This document shows positions 63,650-64,000 of a DNA stretch of 64,000 nt, in pieces. Within the stretch, counting starts at the first letter, position 1. Every line of letters begins with the position of its first letter. Source of the stretch: Guillardia theta CCMP2712 (lineage: Eukaryota > Protista > Cryptophyta); contig NW_005434617.1 of assembly GCF_000315625.1 (NCBI RefSeq), forward strand, positions 355,085-419,084, written 5' to 3'. Both the position numbers and the translations under genes were made by a program. The notes under the pieces were generated by a model, which saw nothing but the letters and a program-made list of their open reading frames with translations, did no database searches and was not told the origin of the DNA.

Positions 63650-64000
63650 ACGTCGCGAGGTGAGACTCGTTGAAAAGGATCCAGGTCTCGTGCTCCATCT
63701 CCCTACCGCTACCTTTTAAGGTCGATTCACACAGTCCTTCCTTGGTTCCCCGCACGCATGGCTGCTCAATCCGTCGCCTGTTCCTCTCCCTCCCTCTCCC
63801 TCCCTCTCAAGCCCAAGAAGCTGCTCCGCCTCTCCCCTGCTCAGCTCCAGTACCTGCAGGCTCATCCTCCCCCGCCCCCTCATCGTCCGCCCGCTGTGCA
63901 GGAGGGAGCGTGTCTGCAGAACATCCTGGAAGCGAGGAAGCGGTGGGAGGAGGGCGTGAGCTCGCGGCGATCAAGACCGATGGGACGGGAGGGATCAGCG
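63650..64000 (+). CDS. Repeated ORF of unknown function, copy 3 (truncated by window end)
   Basis: Near-identical to 53000-53350. Confidence 0.35.

Larger units (their letters stand above)
49945..64000. repeat. Tandem segmental duplication: three units starting at ~49945, ~54342 and ~59768 (spacing ~4.4 and ~5.4 kb); third unit runs off the window
   Basis: Long near-identical blocks. The same ORFs recur at 50729/55019/60447 and at 53108/58472/63758. Confidence 0.95.

Noticed and set aside
49945-64000. Autonomous transposon or retroelement explaining the array
   Set aside because: No transposase, RT, integrase or Rep/helicase motifs are visible, and no clear target-site duplication.

Overview
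Eukaryotic nuclear DNA, most likely from a cryptophyte alga of the Guillardia theta type. This is an inference from the short GT-AG introns with CTGAC-like branch sites, the microsatellite-filled introns, and the small RWP-RK and divergent Cdc14-like genes. The window has several N gaps. Positions 1-49 kb hold intron-containing housekeeping and ciliary genes: a TPR-like protein, monoglyceride lipase, a U-box protein, CYB5D1, a large unknown protein ending in an Hsp70 substrate-binding-like segment, a largely intronless bacterial-type deacetylase-fold protein, PIGN, EFCAB9-like, an SLC25 carrier with a signal peptide, SFT2, VTI1, CCDC17-like and a complex I B14.5b-like subunit. From ~49.9 kb to the end lies a tandem array of a ~4.4-5.4 kb cassette. 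Each unit carries a Cdc14-like phosphatase whose P-loop reads CX5K rather than CX5R. Units 2 and 3 are bracketed by inverted RWP-RK transcription factor copies: intact on +, frameshifted or truncated on -. Those units also carry captured inverted gene fragments. Exon boundaries were read by eye, no database searches were run, and gene ends are approximate where stated.
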